Shown here: piece by piece, positions 1 through 9,968 of the stretch
Layout of the letters: every line of letters begins with the position of its first letter
Numbering within the stretch: position 1 is the stretch's first letter
The notes under the pieces: model-generated
The model's input: the letters and a program-made list of their open reading frames with translations, nothing else
Databases searched by the model: none
Told to the model about the DNA's origin: nothing
From: Arcobacteraceae bacterium
GTDB lineage: Bacteria > Campylobacterota > Campylobacteria > Campylobacterales > Arcobacteraceae
Assembly (NCBI GenBank): GCA_963662945.1
Contig: OY759974.1
Location: 1,888,001 to 1,952,000, forward strand
DNA length: 64,000 nucleotides
Direction of reading: 5' to 3'
Translations under genes and position numbers: made by a program

Positions 1-804
1 TATTTTCATCCTACTGGTACATACAGTCCTGATATTTATGATAATATGGATGAATTAATTAGGAATTTATTGAGTTTTTTAGGTAATGATATAACTAAAA
101 TCATATTATTAGAAGAACTTAGCAGTTATCCAAATGAAAGATTACAAACTAGAGTTAAATACCAATTAAACAATCTTTATAATTTAATACTAAAAAACAG
201 AGAATTTAATAATGACTACTATAAAGATAAACTGGATAATTTTACAAAATTTGATGAAGATAATAGATTCTTTGATTATGAAAAATTAAAAAATGATTTA
301 ATAGAGATTTGCTTACATGAAACAGAAAATAGAAAGACATTATCAACTTTTAGCGAAGATGAGATGAATGATAGATTTAGAACTGACTTATTAGTAAAAG
401 GCTATTTTATAGCCGATCAAAGTAGAGGCGGTGAGTCTGAGAGTTCTAAAAGTGTAGGTGAACGTGATATAGTCATAAGAAATAAAGAAAGTGGTATAGT
501 TGAAACTGTTTTAGAAGCTTTTAATTTGGAAAATTTAGATACTACAATAATAGAAAAGCACTATCAAAAACTTATCCTCAAATATGATACGACAGGGAAT
601 AAACAAAATTTTATATTAGTATATTCTAAAGCAAAAGATTTTAACAGTTTATGGGATAGATATAAAGATGAATATATAGAAACTGAAGAAGATACGCAAA
701 AAGATAACCTAAAAATAGGGTTTACAAAAGAGGGTAATATGACTATTGTACATTTATTTATAAATTTTTATTCAACAAAGGAGCCATGTCATGAAGATAA
801 TTAA
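1..804 (+). CDS. Partial (5'-truncated by window) hypothetical protein with a C-terminal PD-(D/E)XK-like nuclease-fold segment
   Basis: Frame is open from base 1 (YFHPTGTYSPDIYDN-MDEL...). C-terminal pattern EDEMND...DQSRGG...GERDIVI...VLEAFNL resembles restriction-endonuclease-like motifs. Overlaps the batD start by 14 nt. Confidence 0.5.
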   Translation, partial: YFHPTGTYSPDIYDNMDELIRNLLSFLGNDITKIILLEELSSYPNERLQTRVKYQLNNLYNLILKNREFNNDYYKDKLDNFTKFDEDNRFFDYEKLKNDLIEICLHETENRKTLSTFSEDEMNDRFRTDLLVKGYFIADQSRGGESESSKSVGERDIVIRNKESGIVETVLEAFNLENLDTTIIEKHYQKLILKYDTTGNKQNFILVYSKAKDFNSLWDRYKDEYIETEEDTQKDNLKIGFTKEGNMTIVHLFINFYSTKEPCHEDN

Positions 805-2284
805 AATTTTATTTATACTATTACTACCATACTTTTTATACGCAAATGTTTCCCTTATAGCACCAAACAGTTTTTATCAAGGGGATAGTGTAGAGTTCTC
901 CTTAAGTGTAAGTGGAAAAGATATTAAAATACCTGATATAAAAGATATAGAGGGTTTTATGGTTCAAAGTTTAGGAACCTCTACACAAACAAATATTATC
1001 AATGGTGTACGAAGTGATAAACTTGTTAAAAACTATGCTTTTAAACCAACGAAAGATATTACTATACCAGCATTTGAAATAACTATAGATGGAAAAGTAG
1101 AAAAAACTCAAGCTCAAAAAATAGTGATGCAAAAAGTGGAAAAAACTGTTTCAGGTGATTATGATTTGACACTGAGTGTGGATAAAAAACAAGTTTATGT
1201 AGGTGAAAGTATTCATTTAACTCTTTTGTTTAAATATAAAAAAGATCTTAATATTATAGGTTTGGAGTTTGAAAAACCAACATTTGAAAGTTTTTGGGTA
1301 AAAGAGTTAAAAGCAAATGATAATTTACCAGTAGATAGCCATTATACTTATCAAAAATTAGAATATTTACTGTTCCCACAAAAAAGTGGAAAGTTAACTA
1401 TTGAACCATTAAAAATAGAAGCTGTTACTACTCAAAGCAGTTATAGAAGTAGTTTTTTTGTTACAGCACCAACACAAAGAACGAAAGTATATTCTAACAA
1501 AATAGCATTAGATGTGAAAGCATTACCACAAAATATAAAACTTATAGGTGATTTTTCTATTGATGCTACAATTGATAAAAATAGTTTAAAAGAGGGAGAA
1601 GCAGTTTCATATAAGGTTACGATACAAGGACGAGGAAATGTTGATGATATAGATGAGGTAAAATTAACAATTCCAGATGCTACAATCTATGAAAATCCAT
1701 CTGAAAAAAAATATGATATTCAAAATAATCTTTATGGAGGAGTATATACAAAAGCATTTTCAATAGTTCCTACAAAAAGCTTCACTATTCCTGAAATAAG
1801 TTTACAATATTTTGATAAAAAAACAAAAACAGTAAAAACAATCAAAACAAAAAGTTTTCCTATCAAAGTAACAGCAGCAGAAAAAAAAGTAACAAAACTA
1901 GAAGTTGCTCAAGATAAAAGCAACAGTGTAGAATCAAAAGAAACAATAGAGGTGGTAAAAATATCACAAAATGAAAAGATACTTTATTTTCTGTTTGGGC
2001 TTATTGTAGGTGTTGTTAGTGTGATATTTGTTTTAGTTTTAAAAAAACAAAAAACAAAAAAAGAGGATACACCACTTATCAAATTAGTAAAACAATCAAA
2101 AACACAAAACGAGTTATTGAAAATTCTTGTAGCTTTTATAAAAATTGATGAAGATTTAGATAAAATGATATTCACTCTTGAAATAAAGTTAGAAATAGAA
2201 CAGTTTAAGAGGGTGAAAAAAGAGATAATAGAAATTTTAAATCGTTTAGTGAAAAAGGGTATACAATTAGATACAAAAATTTAA
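791..2284 (+). CDS. batD: BatD-family protein (secreted beta-rich repeats, C-terminal TM anchor)
   Basis: Signal peptide; motifs VYVGESIHL, YLLFPQKSGKLTI, GEAVSYKVTIQGRGN, FTIPEISLQYFD; TM helix near the C-terminus. Confidence 0.8.
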   Translation: MKIIKILFILLLPYFLYANVSLIAPNSFYQGDSVEFSLSVSGKDIKIPDIKDIEGFMVQSLGTSTQTNIINGVRSDKLVKNYAFKPTKDITIPAFEITIDGKVEKTQAQKIVMQKVEKTVSGDYDLTLSVDKKQVYVGESIHLTLLFKYKKDLNIIGLEFEKPTFESFWVKELKANDNLPVDSHYTYQKLEYLLFPQKSGKLTIEPLKIEAVTTQSSYRSSFFVTAPTQRTKVYSNKIALDVKALPQNIKLIGDFSIDATIDKNSLKEGEAVSYKVTIQGRGNVDDIDEVKLTIPDATIYENPSEKKYDIQNNLYGGVYTKAFSIVPTKSFTIPEISLQYFDKKTKTVKTIKTKSFPIKVTAAEKKVTKLEVAQDKSNSVESKETIEVVKISQNEKILYFLFGLIVGVVSVIFVLVLKKQKTKKEDTPLIKLVKQSKTQNELLKILVAFIKIDEDLDKMIFTLEIKLEIEQFKRVKKEIIEILNRLVKKGIQLDTKI

Positions 2285-2295
2285 TTATCGTAGTA

Positions 2296-2847
2296 TTGTT
2301 TATAACAAATAGTTTTGCAGTAGAGTTCCAATGGGGAACTCCTGTACAAACTAATATTACTAAAGATAAAGTAGAGATGGTTATTAAAAAATATGTAGAT
2401 GCAAAATATCCTCAAAAAGTAAAAGAATATCAACAATATTTAGACAATATTAAACAAACAAAAATAGAAAAATATGCAGATGTTACCTTTGTCGATGATA
2501 CACTTATGTGGCAAGATGATCAAGCTACGATTTCAAAAAAACTTAATATTTTAGAGTTTAAAATATATTGTAGAGATTTGATTTTGGCAAATAGAAAAGA
2601 TTGGAGAGTTCCTTCTTATACTGAACTTTTAAAGCTTGTTGATTATCAAAAACATAATCCTGCAAGTCACGAAAAAATAAAGTATATAATGCCAAATAAA
2701 TATTGGAGTGGTTCAAGTAGTTTAACAACTAAAGATAACTATTTTTTTATTGATTTTGAAAATGGAACAACAAACTTTACAACAGATATGCAAAGATATA
2801 ATATACGATGTGTAAGAGAAGTCTCAAAAAAAGATGGTGAATATTGA
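2296..2847 (+). CDS. DUF1566 (Lcl C-terminal) domain protein; true start may be ATT at 2266
   Basis: LMWQD, YCRDL, DWRVPSYTEL, YWS, IRCVR motifs typical of DUF1566. Confidence 0.8.
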   Translation: MFITNSFAVEFQWGTPVQTNITKDKVEMVIKKYVDAKYPQKVKEYQQYLDNIKQTKIEKYADVTFVDDTLMWQDDQATISKKLNILEFKIYCRDLILANRKDWRVPSYTELLKLVDYQKHNPASHEKIKYIMPNKYWSGSSSLTTKDNYFFIDFENGTTNFTTDMQRYNIRCVREVSKKDGEY

Positions 2848-3269
2848 TGAAAAGTTTTTTTCTATTTTTGATAATTAGCATTTCAATATTTGCAAATGAT
2901 TTTGAAAAAAGTATCAATATTGTTACCGATACAACAGCCAATATAATGTGGCAAGATAATCTTGAATCAACACAATATCTTGAAGATATAACAATGGCAC
3001 AAACCTATTGTGAAAATTTGATTTTAAATGGTTATATTGATTGGGAAATGGCAACGATTGAACAATTAGAAACTCTTATTGATATTACAAAAAAAGATGT
3101 CACTATTCAAAAAGAGTTTCAATATACTACTCCTACAAAATATTGGACAAAAAGTAAGTATGTAGCTGATTCAAATCAGTTTTGGTATGTAGATTTTCAA
3201 ACAGGTTCTGTAAATTTTGATACACGAAATCATAAATATACAGTACGATGTGTAAGGGATATGAAATGA
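2844..3269 (+). CDS. DUF1566 (Lcl C-terminal) domain secreted protein
   Basis: Signal peptide; VTDTTANIMWQD, YCENL, GYIDW, YWT, VRCVR motifs. Confidence 0.85.
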   Translation: MMKSFFLFLIISISIFANDFEKSINIVTDTTANIMWQDNLESTQYLEDITMAQTYCENLILNGYIDWEMATIEQLETLIDITKKDVTIQKEFQYTTPTKYWTKSKYVADSNQFWYVDFQTGSVNFDTRNHKYTVRCVRDMK

Positions 3270-4012
3270 TAACGAAATTTATTTTTCTTAGTTTATTATT
3301 TATTTCTTACGCCTTTGCTGTAATGAATCCTTATCAAACATTAGATACTAATGAAAAACTCAATGTGATGGTAAATTATTTTTTAAATGAAGAGTTAAGA
3401 AGTTTAAAACCGCCATTACCTATAAAAGATCAGCTACAAGATGATGATGCAAATTTAGACCCAATAAAATATGAACAATATTTTAATTATATTCAAAGAT
3501 TAAAAGCAATACGAGAAAGTAGAATAGAAGAGCAAAAAAAGATAGATGAAAAGTATCAAGGTCAAATAGCTTTTTATAATAGTAAATTAAAAAATCTTAA
3601 AAAATTTTATGAAAATCAAAAAAATTTAGATCCAATAATACAAAAAAGTGTAAATAAAGCTTTTAAAGTTTTATATGGAAAACCAACTTTTGAAAGTGTT
3701 GCGTATGATGAAAAAGGTGATTCTTTTATCGCAAAACTTTCTGTTGAAGATATATATCATATTGATAAATATGTACCTAAAGAAGTATATTTTAGAATTT
3801 CAAAAAGTGATTTAGATAGTTTTTTTACACATTATCAAGAATCGCAAATCAATGTTGTATTTGAATATAGTAATAATTTGTTAATCTATGATAGTATAAT
3901 ATTCAAATATAAGGATACTACTTACAGAGGTATATTTGTAAGTGAAAAAATCGATAAAATTAAACTAGATATAAAGATTAATAATGATATATTTCGTTTA
4001 GAAAAAATATAA
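3266..4012 (+). CDS. Hypothetical secreted protein with a coiled-coil segment
   Basis: ATG at 3266 follows AAGGGA and gives a signal peptide (MITKFIFLSLLFISYAFA); operon-like overlap with the upstream gene. Confidence 0.6.
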   Translation: MITKFIFLSLLFISYAFAVMNPYQTLDTNEKLNVMVNYFLNEELRSLKPPLPIKDQLQDDDANLDPIKYEQYFNYIQRLKAIRESRIEEQKKIDEKYQGQIAFYNSKLKNLKKFYENQKNLDPIIQKSVNKAFKVLYGKPTFESVAYDEKGDSFIAKLSVEDIYHIDKYVPKEVYFRISKSDLDSFFTHYQESQINVVFEYSNNLLIYDSIIFKYKDTTYRGIFVSEKIDKIKLDIKINNDIFRLEKI

Positions 4013-4026
4013 TAAAGTATAGGGTT

Positions 4027-4743
4027 GTGAAGATGAAAAAAATTATAAGTAGTTTGTTATTATTAAGTTCAATGAGTTTTGCTACAAGTTATTTTGCAAA
4101 AGTAGAACCAATTAACAGTTATAATATAAAATCAAGTGTAAGTGGTAAAGTGATATTCGCCAATGATTCATTGGAATCAAAAACAGTGACTGACGAAATG
4201 ATAATTAAGATAGATGATGCTGTAAATAAGATAGATTTAGCACAATCGCAATTGAAATTAGAAAATATGAAATTAATACAAAAGTTAGAAGAAGATACTT
4301 TAGAGAGATTTAAAAAAGTATCATCAAAATCAAAGTTTGATAGAGATAATCAAAAAATCGTAATATTAAACACAGCTTCAACAATTAATGATCTTGAAAC
4401 TAAAATAGCAACACTAAAAGATACAATTAAAAATAAAAATTTACGAGAAAAAAATAGTTATATTTATGACGTAGCAGTTGAAGTTGGAGATTATGTAAGT
4501 CCTGGAACACCTCTTTATACAGCTATGGATTTATCAAAAGGTAAAGTTGAAATTTTTATTCCTATTGATGAAGCAGCAACAATTAAAGATAAAGAGATAT
4601 ATATTGATGATAAAAAATCAGATTTAAAAATAGCAAAGTTATATAATGTAGCAGATACTAAACATATCTCTTCATATAAGTGTGAGATTGTTATTCCTAA
4701 TCCACAAGAATTTTCAAAACTTGTAAAAATAGAATTTAAATAA
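4027..4743 (+). CDS. HlyD/membrane-fusion-like periplasmic adaptor
   Basis: Signal peptide; IKSSVSGKV, a helical hairpin, and VEVGDYVSPGTPL lipoyl-like motifs. Confidence 0.7.
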   Translation: MKMKKIISSLLLLSSMSFATSYFAKVEPINSYNIKSSVSGKVIFANDSLESKTVTDEMIIKIDDAVNKIDLAQSQLKLENMKLIQKLEEDTLERFKKVSSKSKFDRDNQKIVILNTASTINDLETKIATLKDTIKNKNLREKNSYIYDVAVEVGDYVSPGTPLYTAMDLSKGKVEIFIPIDEAATIKDKEIYIDDKKSDLKIAKLYNVADTKHISSYKCEIVIPNPQEFSKLVKIEFK

Positions 4744-4752
4744 TATAACAAC

Positions 4753-5928
4753 TTGACACATTTCGAACTTTTAAAATTTAATAAACCAGTACGGCAGCTT
4801 ACTTATGTGCAGTTTATTGCATATTTTGGAGCATGGTTTTCAAATGTAGCTATTTATACTATGCTTGTACAGTTTGATGCAAGTGCATTTATTATAGCTA
4901 CTGTAACAGCTTTTCATTTTTTACCAGGGGTAATTCTTTCCCCATTTAATGGTTCTATTGTAGATAGAATTAATGTAAAAAAACTTATGATAATACTTTT
5001 GGCTACAGAGATGAGTATGACCTTAGCTTTTTTGTTTATTAATAGCATAAATGATGTATGGCTTTTGATGTTGCTTCTTTTTATACGAATGGGAAGTGCT
5101 TCTATTTTCTTTACAACAGAGATGACTCTTTTACCTAAACTATTAAGTGGTGAGGCTTTAATTAAAGCAAATGAGATACACTCAATGGTGTGGTCGATTA
5201 CTTTTACAGCAGGAATGGCACTAGGTGGGGTAGTAGTAAGTGTATTTGGTGTTAAAACATCATTTATGATTGATGCTGTATTTTTCTTTATAGCAATTTT
5301 AATTGTACTACAGATTCAATTTAATGTGGAAATAGAGAAAGTTACACATAGTATTTTTCAAACTATTAAAGAGGGATTTGAATATTTAAAAAACAACAAA
5401 TATTTGTTCCATTATATGTTTATACACTCTACAGTTGGATTTACAATTTTTGATACTATAATAACTTTATTGGCAGACAAGCATTATAAATATGTGATAG
5501 CAATACCTTTAGCAATTGGTTTTACAAATGGAATTCGTGCTTTGGCTTTAATGATTGGACCAATATTTTTAAGTAGTTGGATAACTAAAGAAAGATTATT
5601 TTATATGTTTTTAGCACAAGGTGGTGCTATAATTTTGTGGGCATTTTTACAATATGACTTTTATTTAGGACTTTTTGGAATGTTTTTAGTTGGATTAACT
5701 ACTACAACACTTTGGTCTTATACTTATACAATGCTTCAAGAAGAAGTGGAGAGAAAATACTTAGGCAGAGTACTAGCATATAATGAGATGATATTTATGC
5801 TTTCAACTGTAATAACTACATTTTTTATTGGTATTATGGCATCAATTGTAACGCTAAATATAATCTCAATGTTATTAGGTGTAGCTTTTATAGCTGTAGC
5901 ATATTATTATAAAAGGGTATTTTTATGA
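4753..5928 (+). CDS. MFS transporter
   Basis: About 12 hydrophobic segments; motif A-like GSIVDRINVK; C-terminal YLGRVLA. Confidence 0.85.
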   Translation: MTHFELLKFNKPVRQLTYVQFIAYFGAWFSNVAIYTMLVQFDASAFIIATVTAFHFLPGVILSPFNGSIVDRINVKKLMIILLATEMSMTLAFLFINSINDVWLLMLLLFIRMGSASIFFTTEMTLLPKLLSGEALIKANEIHSMVWSITFTAGMALGGVVVSVFGVKTSFMIDAVFFFIAILIVLQIQFNVEIEKVTHSIFQTIKEGFEYLKNNKYLFHYMFIHSTVGFTIFDTIITLLADKHYKYVIAIPLAIGFTNGIRALALMIGPIFLSSWITKERLFYMFLAQGGAIILWAFLQYDFYLGLFGMFLVGLTTTTLWSYTYTMLQEEVERKYLGRVLAYNEMIFMLSTVITTFFIGIMASIVTLNIISMLLGVAFIAVAYYYKRVFL

Positions 5929-6170
5929 ATTTAGATTTAACGATGGAAAATATAGAGATAAGAGTTTTACTTTTAGCCTTATATAAAAAGCAAGATAATG
6001 AAAGTTTCAATGATGTTCTTGGTGTGATGGAAGAAAGTAGAGTATTTACAAAAAAAGTTGGAAAAAAATATCTTAAATATTTAAAAAGTGAAAATTATAT
6101 TACGGAAGATAGTTTTACAATGATAGGGTTAGAAAAAGCAAAAGAGATTGAAATGGAGTTTAAAATTTAA
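5925..6170 (+). CDS. Small hypothetical protein (possible winged-helix-like)
   Basis: 81-aa ORF with AAGGG RBS, overlapping the MFS stop. Confidence 0.5.
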   Translation: MNLDLTMENIEIRVLLLALYKKQDNESFNDVLGVMEESRVFTKKVGKKYLKYLKSENYITEDSFTMIGLEKAKEIEMEFKI

Positions 6171-6214
6171 ACTATTTTATAGAAATAGTTTGCTACAATT
6201 CCAGTCCTTAAAAC

Positions 6215-6299
6215 GCGATCGTGGTGGAATTGGTAGACACGCTATCTTGAGGGGGTAGTGCCAACAGGTGTGCGGGTTCAAATCCCGCCGATCGCACCA
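6215..6299 (+). tRNA. tRNA-Leu (anticodon GAG)
   Basis: GCGATCG acceptor stem pairs with CGATCGC-A-CCA; D-loop TGGTAGAC; anticodon arm CTATC-TTGAGGG-GGTAG; long variable arm; T-loop GGTTCAAATC. Confidence 0.97.
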
Positions 6300-6300
6300 T

Positions 6301-6330
6301 TTGACAAATCTATTCTAATAAAGTTACAAT
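6301..6330 (+). promoter_or_regulatory. Sigma70-like promoter for the HAD hydrolase gene
   Basis: TTGACA-N18-TACAAT immediately after the tRNA 3' end, followed by an AAGGAG RBS. Confidence 0.5.
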
Positions 6331-6359
6331 CTCTTTACAATCTACAAAGGAGATTTCTC

Positions 6360-7004
6360 ATGAAAAAAGCAGTAATATTTGATCTTGATGGTACACTTAT
6401 AGATTCTCTTGAAGATATCGCAATCAATGCAAATAAAGTTTTACGACAACTCAATTGTCCTACTCACTCTTTGGAACAATATAAACATTTTGTAGGTGAT
6501 GGTGCAAAAGTTTTAATGCAAAATGCAATGCCTAAATACATATCAAAAAACTATCTTACAGAGGCTTTAGAATTATTTAAAAGTTTTTATGAACAAAATC
6601 TTCATGCAAATACAAAGTTATACGAAGGTGTTAAACCACTTTTAATTGAGCTTGTAGAACAAAATATCCCTTTAGCTATTTTATCAAATAAACCCGATAA
6701 GTTCACAAAACTTTATGTAGAAACTTTATTGCCAGATATCCCTTTTGTTGTTGTTTCTGGGCAACAAGAAAGTGTTGAAAAAAAACCACATCCAGCAGGG
6801 GCATTGAATATTGCAAAAAAATTCCAAATAGACCCAAAAGATATTTATTTTGTAGGTGATACTGCAACAGATATGAAAACTGCAAAAAATGCAAATATGG
6901 TTGCTGTTGGTGTTTCTTGGGGATTTAGAACAATCAAAGAGTTACAAGATAATGGAGCAGATTTTATTATTAAGAAACCAGAAGAACTATTGGTTTTGTA
7001 TTAA
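6360..7004 (+). CDS. HAD-family hydrolase (phosphoglycolate phosphatase-like)
   Basis: FDLDGTL motif I, LSNK, KPHP, VGDTATD; ATG at 6360 after AAGGAG (the ORF-track start lies inside the tRNA). Confidence 0.9.
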   Translation: MKKAVIFDLDGTLIDSLEDIAINANKVLRQLNCPTHSLEQYKHFVGDGAKVLMQNAMPKYISKNYLTEALELFKSFYEQNLHANTKLYEGVKPLLIELVEQNIPLAILSNKPDKFTKLYVETLLPDIPFVVVSGQQESVEKKPHPAGALNIAKKFQIDPKDIYFVGDTATDMKTAKNANMVAVGVSWGFRTIKELQDNGADFIIKKPEELLVLY

Positions 7005-8765
7005 ATAATCTGTCATCTCTTGTGCATTAATTGCTTGTGAGTAGAAAAATCCTTGTATATATCTACATCCTTGTGACAATAAAAAATCTTTTTGTTCTAA
7101 AGTTTCAACACCTTCTGCTATAACTTTTAAGTTTAAACTTGTACAAAGATTTATAATAGTTTTACTAATAGCAGCATCTTCTTGATCAGATGGTAAATCT
7201 TTTACAAATGATTTATCAATTTTTAATTTATGAATAGGAAGCTTTTTCAAATATGCTAGTGAAGAATATCCTGTTCCAAAATCATCAATTGCAATTGAAA
7301 TACCTAATTGATTAATTTGGCTTAATGTTTTGATTGATTGTTCTGGATTTTTCATAATTTGACTTTCTGTTACTTCAAATTCAATTTTATTTGCTACATC
7401 ATGGTATTGTATTAACAATATTTTTAAAAAGTCTATGAAGTCATCTTCTTCTATTTGTTTCATGGCAAGGTTCATTGAGAGTTTACCCGGATTTAATCCC
7501 TCTTTATGCCATTTTTGAAATTGTTTTAAAGCTTTTTGCATTACTATTCTATCAAGATATACTATCATACCTGTTAATTCTGCTAATGGGATAAATTTAT
7601 CAGGAGCAATAAGTCCTAAAGAGGGATGATTCCATCGTACAAGGGTTTCCATTCCCACAAGACGATTTTCCATTGCATCTATTTGTGGTTGAAAGTGTAC
7701 TACAAACTCATCATTTTCTAAAGCATCTCTCAATGCTGATTCTAAAAAAACTCTATTATATGCTTGCTGTGTCATTTGTTCATTATAAAAACAATATGTG
7801 TGTCTTCCATTTGATTTAGCTTTATTCATAGCAGCATCAGAGTTTCTAAGAAGAGTATCATAGTTTTGTCCATTATTAGGAAAAATAGATATACCAACAC
7901 TTACACCTAAATATAAAGTACTATTTTCAATCAAAAAAGGTTTTTTTAACATCATCATAATGTCTGTAATATAATTTGTAATCTCTTCTGTTGATTCAAT
8001 ATGATTTAAAATAATACAAAACTCATCACCACCAAGTCTTGCAAGCGTATCATCAGGTGCAATTTTTTCTTTTAATCTATTTGCAAACTCTACTAAAACT
8101 ATATCTCCAAAAATATGACCAAGAGAATCATTTATCTCTTTAAAATGATCAAGGTCTAGTGTCAGTAGAACAGCCTGTTTAATATTCTTTTGTGCAGTTT
8201 GGATAGCTTCTTTTAATTTTTCTATTAATAATATTCTATTTGGAAGATTTGTAAGAGAATCATGTGTTGCTTGAAATTGAAGTTGTTCTTTTTGTTCTTG
8301 AGTTTTTTTTAAACTTTTTTCTAAGGACAATTGCATCATCTTTAACTCTGTAATATCTCTTCCTGTCCCAACTGTTCCAACAACATTTCCCTGTTTATCA
8401 TAAAAAGGTGCTTTATATACTTCAAGGTATAAAAGTTTTCCTTTTACATTTCCATATTCTTCAAATCTCATTGGAGCTTGATTATCAATAACTTCTTGAT
8501 CACTATTGAAACAAAGTTCTCCAAAAGTATGCCATTGTGGATTATTTTTGTGGGTTTCTCTTTCTCTTAATGCAAAAAAAACATCACCTTTCCCTATTGG
8601 TTCTTGGGTGTCTTTTGCCATTAAAAGATTATCACAGATGGCTTGGTTTGCGTAGAGATAGTTTCCTTCTAAGTCTTTTACCCAGAGCATATCAGGAAGA
8701 TGTTTAGTTAATAGTTTCAGAAGTTCTGAATTATGTTTTTGAAGTTCTTCAACATTAAAACCCAT
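6987..8765 (-). CDS. Cytoplasmic PAS-GGDEF-EAL c-di-GMP enzyme
   Basis: PAS (WVKDLEGNYLYAN...GRDIT), HDSLTNLPNR, RLGGDEF, ETLVRW, IDDFGTGYSS, IAEGVE. Confidence 0.92.
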   Translation of the reverse strand: MGFNVEELQKHNSELLKLLTKHLPDMLWVKDLEGNYLYANQAICDNLLMAKDTQEPIGKGDVFFALRERETHKNNPQWHTFGELCFNSDQEVIDNQAPMRFEEYGNVKGKLLYLEVYKAPFYDKQGNVVGTVGTGRDITELKMMQLSLEKSLKKTQEQKEQLQFQATHDSLTNLPNRILLIEKLKEAIQTAQKNIKQAVLLTLDLDHFKEINDSLGHIFGDIVLVEFANRLKEKIAPDDTLARLGGDEFCIILNHIESTEEITNYITDIMMMLKKPFLIENSTLYLGVSVGISIFPNNGQNYDTLLRNSDAAMNKAKSNGRHTYCFYNEQMTQQAYNRVFLESALRDALENDEFVVHFQPQIDAMENRLVGMETLVRWNHPSLGLIAPDKFIPLAELTGMIVYLDRIVMQKALKQFQKWHKEGLNPGKLSMNLAMKQIEEDDFIDFLKILLIQYHDVANKIEFEVTESQIMKNPEQSIKTLSQINQLGISIAIDDFGTGYSSLAYLKKLPIHKLKIDKSFVKDLPSDQEDAAISKTIINLCTSLNLKVIAEGVETLEQKDFLLSQGCRYIQGFFYSQAINAQEMTDYLIQNQ

Positions 8766-8933
8766 ACAAAAGTCCTTACATTAAATATAAAAGAACTTAT
8801 ACTACAATATTAGTCTTAAAAATAAAGTTAATATTTGTTTTATATAATTTATAAAAAAAATAAGTAATAGTGATAAAAAAAGTAAAGAAATATCTATTGT
8901 AGAGTATAATAAAATTAAAAATTGGGGTGATAT

Positions 8934-9884
8934 ATGAAAATTGGAGTTTCTTCTTGTTTACTTGGAAATCAGTGTCGGTATGATGGTGCAGGAAGTAAGT
9001 TTGATTTTGTAGTAGATGATTTATCTAAATATTTTGAACTTGTACCATATTGTCCTGAAGAGATTATATTTGGAACACCTAGAGAGTCTATAAGACTAGT
9101 TGATGTGAATGGAGAGATAAGAGTTATCTCTAATCAAGTTCAAAAAGATGTGACAAATGAATTAACTGAAATATCACAAACCTTAGCTCAAAAAGCTTTT
9201 GATGATAACTTATGTGGATTTATCTTTAAAGCTAAGTCACCATCCTGTGGAATTGAGAGAGTAAAACTCTATGCTAACAATAGCAAAATGTGTGAGAAAA
9301 AAGCAACAGGTTTATTTGCAAAAGCTGTTCAAGAGAAACAACCTTTTTTACCAATAGAGGAAGATGGAAGATTAAATGATCCATGGTTAAAAGAAAATTT
9401 TTTAATGCAAGTATTTGCATATAAAGATTTGGGAGAATTTCTAAATTCTAAACCGACTTTTAAAGAGTTAGTAGAGTTTCATACAAGTTATAAATATCTT
9501 ATTTATGCAAAATCTCAAGAATCTTATAAAAAGTTAGGTGCGATTGTTGCAAATCACACTAAAAAAGATTTAAATGAGGTTTTAAATGATTATAAACTAG
9601 CTTTTTTAGAAGCGATAGGAAAAAAAGGTAATATTAACAAAACCTATAATGTATTACTTCATATCTTTGGTTATTTTAAGAAATTAATTGCAAAAGAAGA
9701 AAAAGAACATATTTTAGCTGCTTGTGATGAATATAAACAGGGTATTATACCACTTATAGCAGTTATAAAACTTATCAATTTATATGTAACACGATTTAAT
9801 GAAGAGTATTTGAAAAAACAAAAATTTTTAAACCCATATCCTAAAGAATTAGCTTTAAGATCAGATTTAAAAGCATATAAATAA
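8934..9884 (+). CDS. ybgA: YbgA-family DUF523/DUF1722 protein (2-thiouracil desulfhydrase-like Fe-S domain)
   Basis: GVSSCLLG-x-CRYDG, CPE, KSPSCG, EEDGRLND, HIFGYFK, LNPYP. Confidence 0.9.
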   Translation: MKIGVSSCLLGNQCRYDGAGSKFDFVVDDLSKYFELVPYCPEEIIFGTPRESIRLVDVNGEIRVISNQVQKDVTNELTEISQTLAQKAFDDNLCGFIFKAKSPSCGIERVKLYANNSKMCEKKATGLFAKAVQEKQPFLPIEEDGRLNDPWLKENFLMQVFAYKDLGEFLNSKPTFKELVEFHTSYKYLIYAKSQESYKKLGAIVANHTKKDLNEVLNDYKLAFLEAIGKKGNINKTYNVLLHIFGYFKKLIAKEEKEHILAACDEYKQGIIPLIAVIKLINLYVTRFNEEYLKKQKFLNPYPKELALRSDLKAYK

Positions 9885-9968
9885 CTAAATAATCAATAAA
9901 TTTATTATTTAATTAAGAAACTTATGTTATAATAAATGATAATAATAAATAAAAGGTTAAATTATATT

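Noticed and set aside
6258-6359. ORF-track N-terminal extension of the HAD hydrolase
   Set aside because: It starts inside the tRNA gene; the RBS and HAD motif I support ATG at 6360.
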